Source of the DNA: Gammaproteobacteria bacterium
GTDB taxonomy: Bacteria; Pseudomonadota; Gammaproteobacteria; Steroidobacterales; Steroidobacteraceae
Assembly: GCA_025358295.1 (NCBI GenBank)
Contig: JANYJY010000010.1
Location: 25,913 to 89,912 of the forward strand
Reading direction: 5' to 3'
Length of the DNA: 64,000 nucleotides
Numbering within the stretch: the stretch's first letter is position 1; each line of letters begins with the position of its first letter. Both the position numbers and the translations under genes were made by a program. Positions 63,766-64,000 of the stretch are shown one piece after another. The notes beneath the pieces were generated by a model, which worked only from the letters and a program-made list of their open reading frames with translations, did no database searches and was not told where the DNA came from.

Positions 63766-64000
63766 TCAAGCCGGCTCGAGGGCTTGGTCCAATACCTCTA
63801 TCCAATGCCTCACCGGTACGACCGTTCCGGACTGCAAGTGTTGGATGCAACCCATATTGGCCGAGACAATACACTGTGGGTCGAGCATCGCGAGCGCGGC
63901 CAGCTTGCGATCGCGCAATTGCCGGGAAATATCCGGCTGCAATATCGAGTAAGTGCCCGCGGAACCACAGCAGAGATGACTCTCGACGGGCGCAATCGCA
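63766..64000 (-). CDS. glcF: Glycolate oxidase iron-sulfur subunit, C-terminal fragment (5' end outside window)
   Basis: My own minus-strand translation gives ...AIAPVESHLCCGSAGTYSILQPDISRQLRDRKLAALAMLDPQCIVSANMGCIQHLQSGTVVPVRHWIEVLDQALEPA*. The CCGSAGTY and ANxGC motifs belong to the GlcF CCG domain. The listed ORF 63810..63995 is a wrong-frame shadow. Confidence 0.75.
   Translation of the reverse strand, partial: AIAPVESHLCCGSAGTYSILQPDISRQLRDRKLAALAMLDPQCIVSANMGCIQHLQSGTVVPVRHWIEVLDQALEPA

Noticed and set aside
63810-63995. Listed 61-aa minus ORF at the right edge
   Set aside because: It is in the wrong frame. The adjacent frame gives a clear GlcF C-terminus (CCGSAGTY...ANMGC...) ending at 63766.
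1-64000. Mobile elements, CRISPR arrays, toxin-antitoxin or phage-defence systems, and rRNA, tRNA or other structured RNA genes
   Set aside because: I scanned the ORF translations and all intergenic gaps, the largest of which are 257, 195, 165, 163, 154, 138 and 138 nt. I found no transposase, integrase or Cas-like proteins, no repeat-spacer periodicity, no tRNA-like T-arm sequences and no long non-coding stretches. The only repeated non-coding element is the island palindrome.

Overview
This is a visibly GC-rich, densely coding stretch of bacterial (proteobacterial-type) chromosome. I support 56 protein-coding genes plus one doubtful small ORF. I found no rRNA, tRNA, CRISPR, transposase, integrase or phage genes, and no recognisable defence system.

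The ORF track uses alternative start codons (TTG and GTG are shown as M) and omits ORFs that are open at the window edges. I re-derived several starts and both edge genes by reading the sequence, so start coordinates are judgement calls.

The window has three parts.

(1) 1-12.4 kb: branched-chain acyl-CoA metabolism.
- An AraC (MmsR-like) regulator lies divergent from mmsA, a 3-hydroxyisobutyryl-CoA hydrolase and an SDR.
- These converge on an operon of icmF, an acyl-CoA dehydrogenase, a signal-less BtuF-like cobalamin-binding protein and a DUF1289 protein.
- An enoyl-CoA hydratase and a MaoC dehydratase follow.

(2) 12.4-52 kb: a large catabolic island for an unknown substrate, built from diverged paralogous modules.
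- Two TonB-dependent receptors.
- Two PVADH-like PQQ/cytochrome c quinohemoproteins and one GDH-type PQQ dehydrogenase.
- Two AcoA/AcoB-type TPP E1 pairs and a lone lipoyl E2.
- Three Rieske oxygenase alpha subunits, one Rieske ferredoxin and a P450.
- Three ABM proteins, two VOC proteins and three GSTs.
- Many SDRs and acyl-CoA enzymes, including a degenerate HMG-CoA-synthase-like/DUF35 fusion next to an SCP2-type thiolase.
- A single TetR regulator.

(3) 52-64 kb: a tightly coupled minus-strand operon.
- It runs MFS, SDR, MFS, fused HyuA/HyuB oxoprolinase-like enzyme, HMG-CoA lyase, enoyl-CoA hydratase.
- It is divergent from a class III aminotransferase.
- A USP, an NRDE-family protein and the 3' end of glcF follow.

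The most interesting signal is non-coding. An AT-rich inverted repeat (AAACAGT-N4/N8-AYTGTTT, flanked by an A-run and a T-run) recurs in eight promoter gaps. All eight lie inside the central island, which suggests one regulon for a multi-compartment pathway. The proposed steps are TonB-dependent uptake, periplasmic PQQ oxidation, cytoplasmic oxygenation, acetoin-type C-C cleavage, then acyl-CoA processing.
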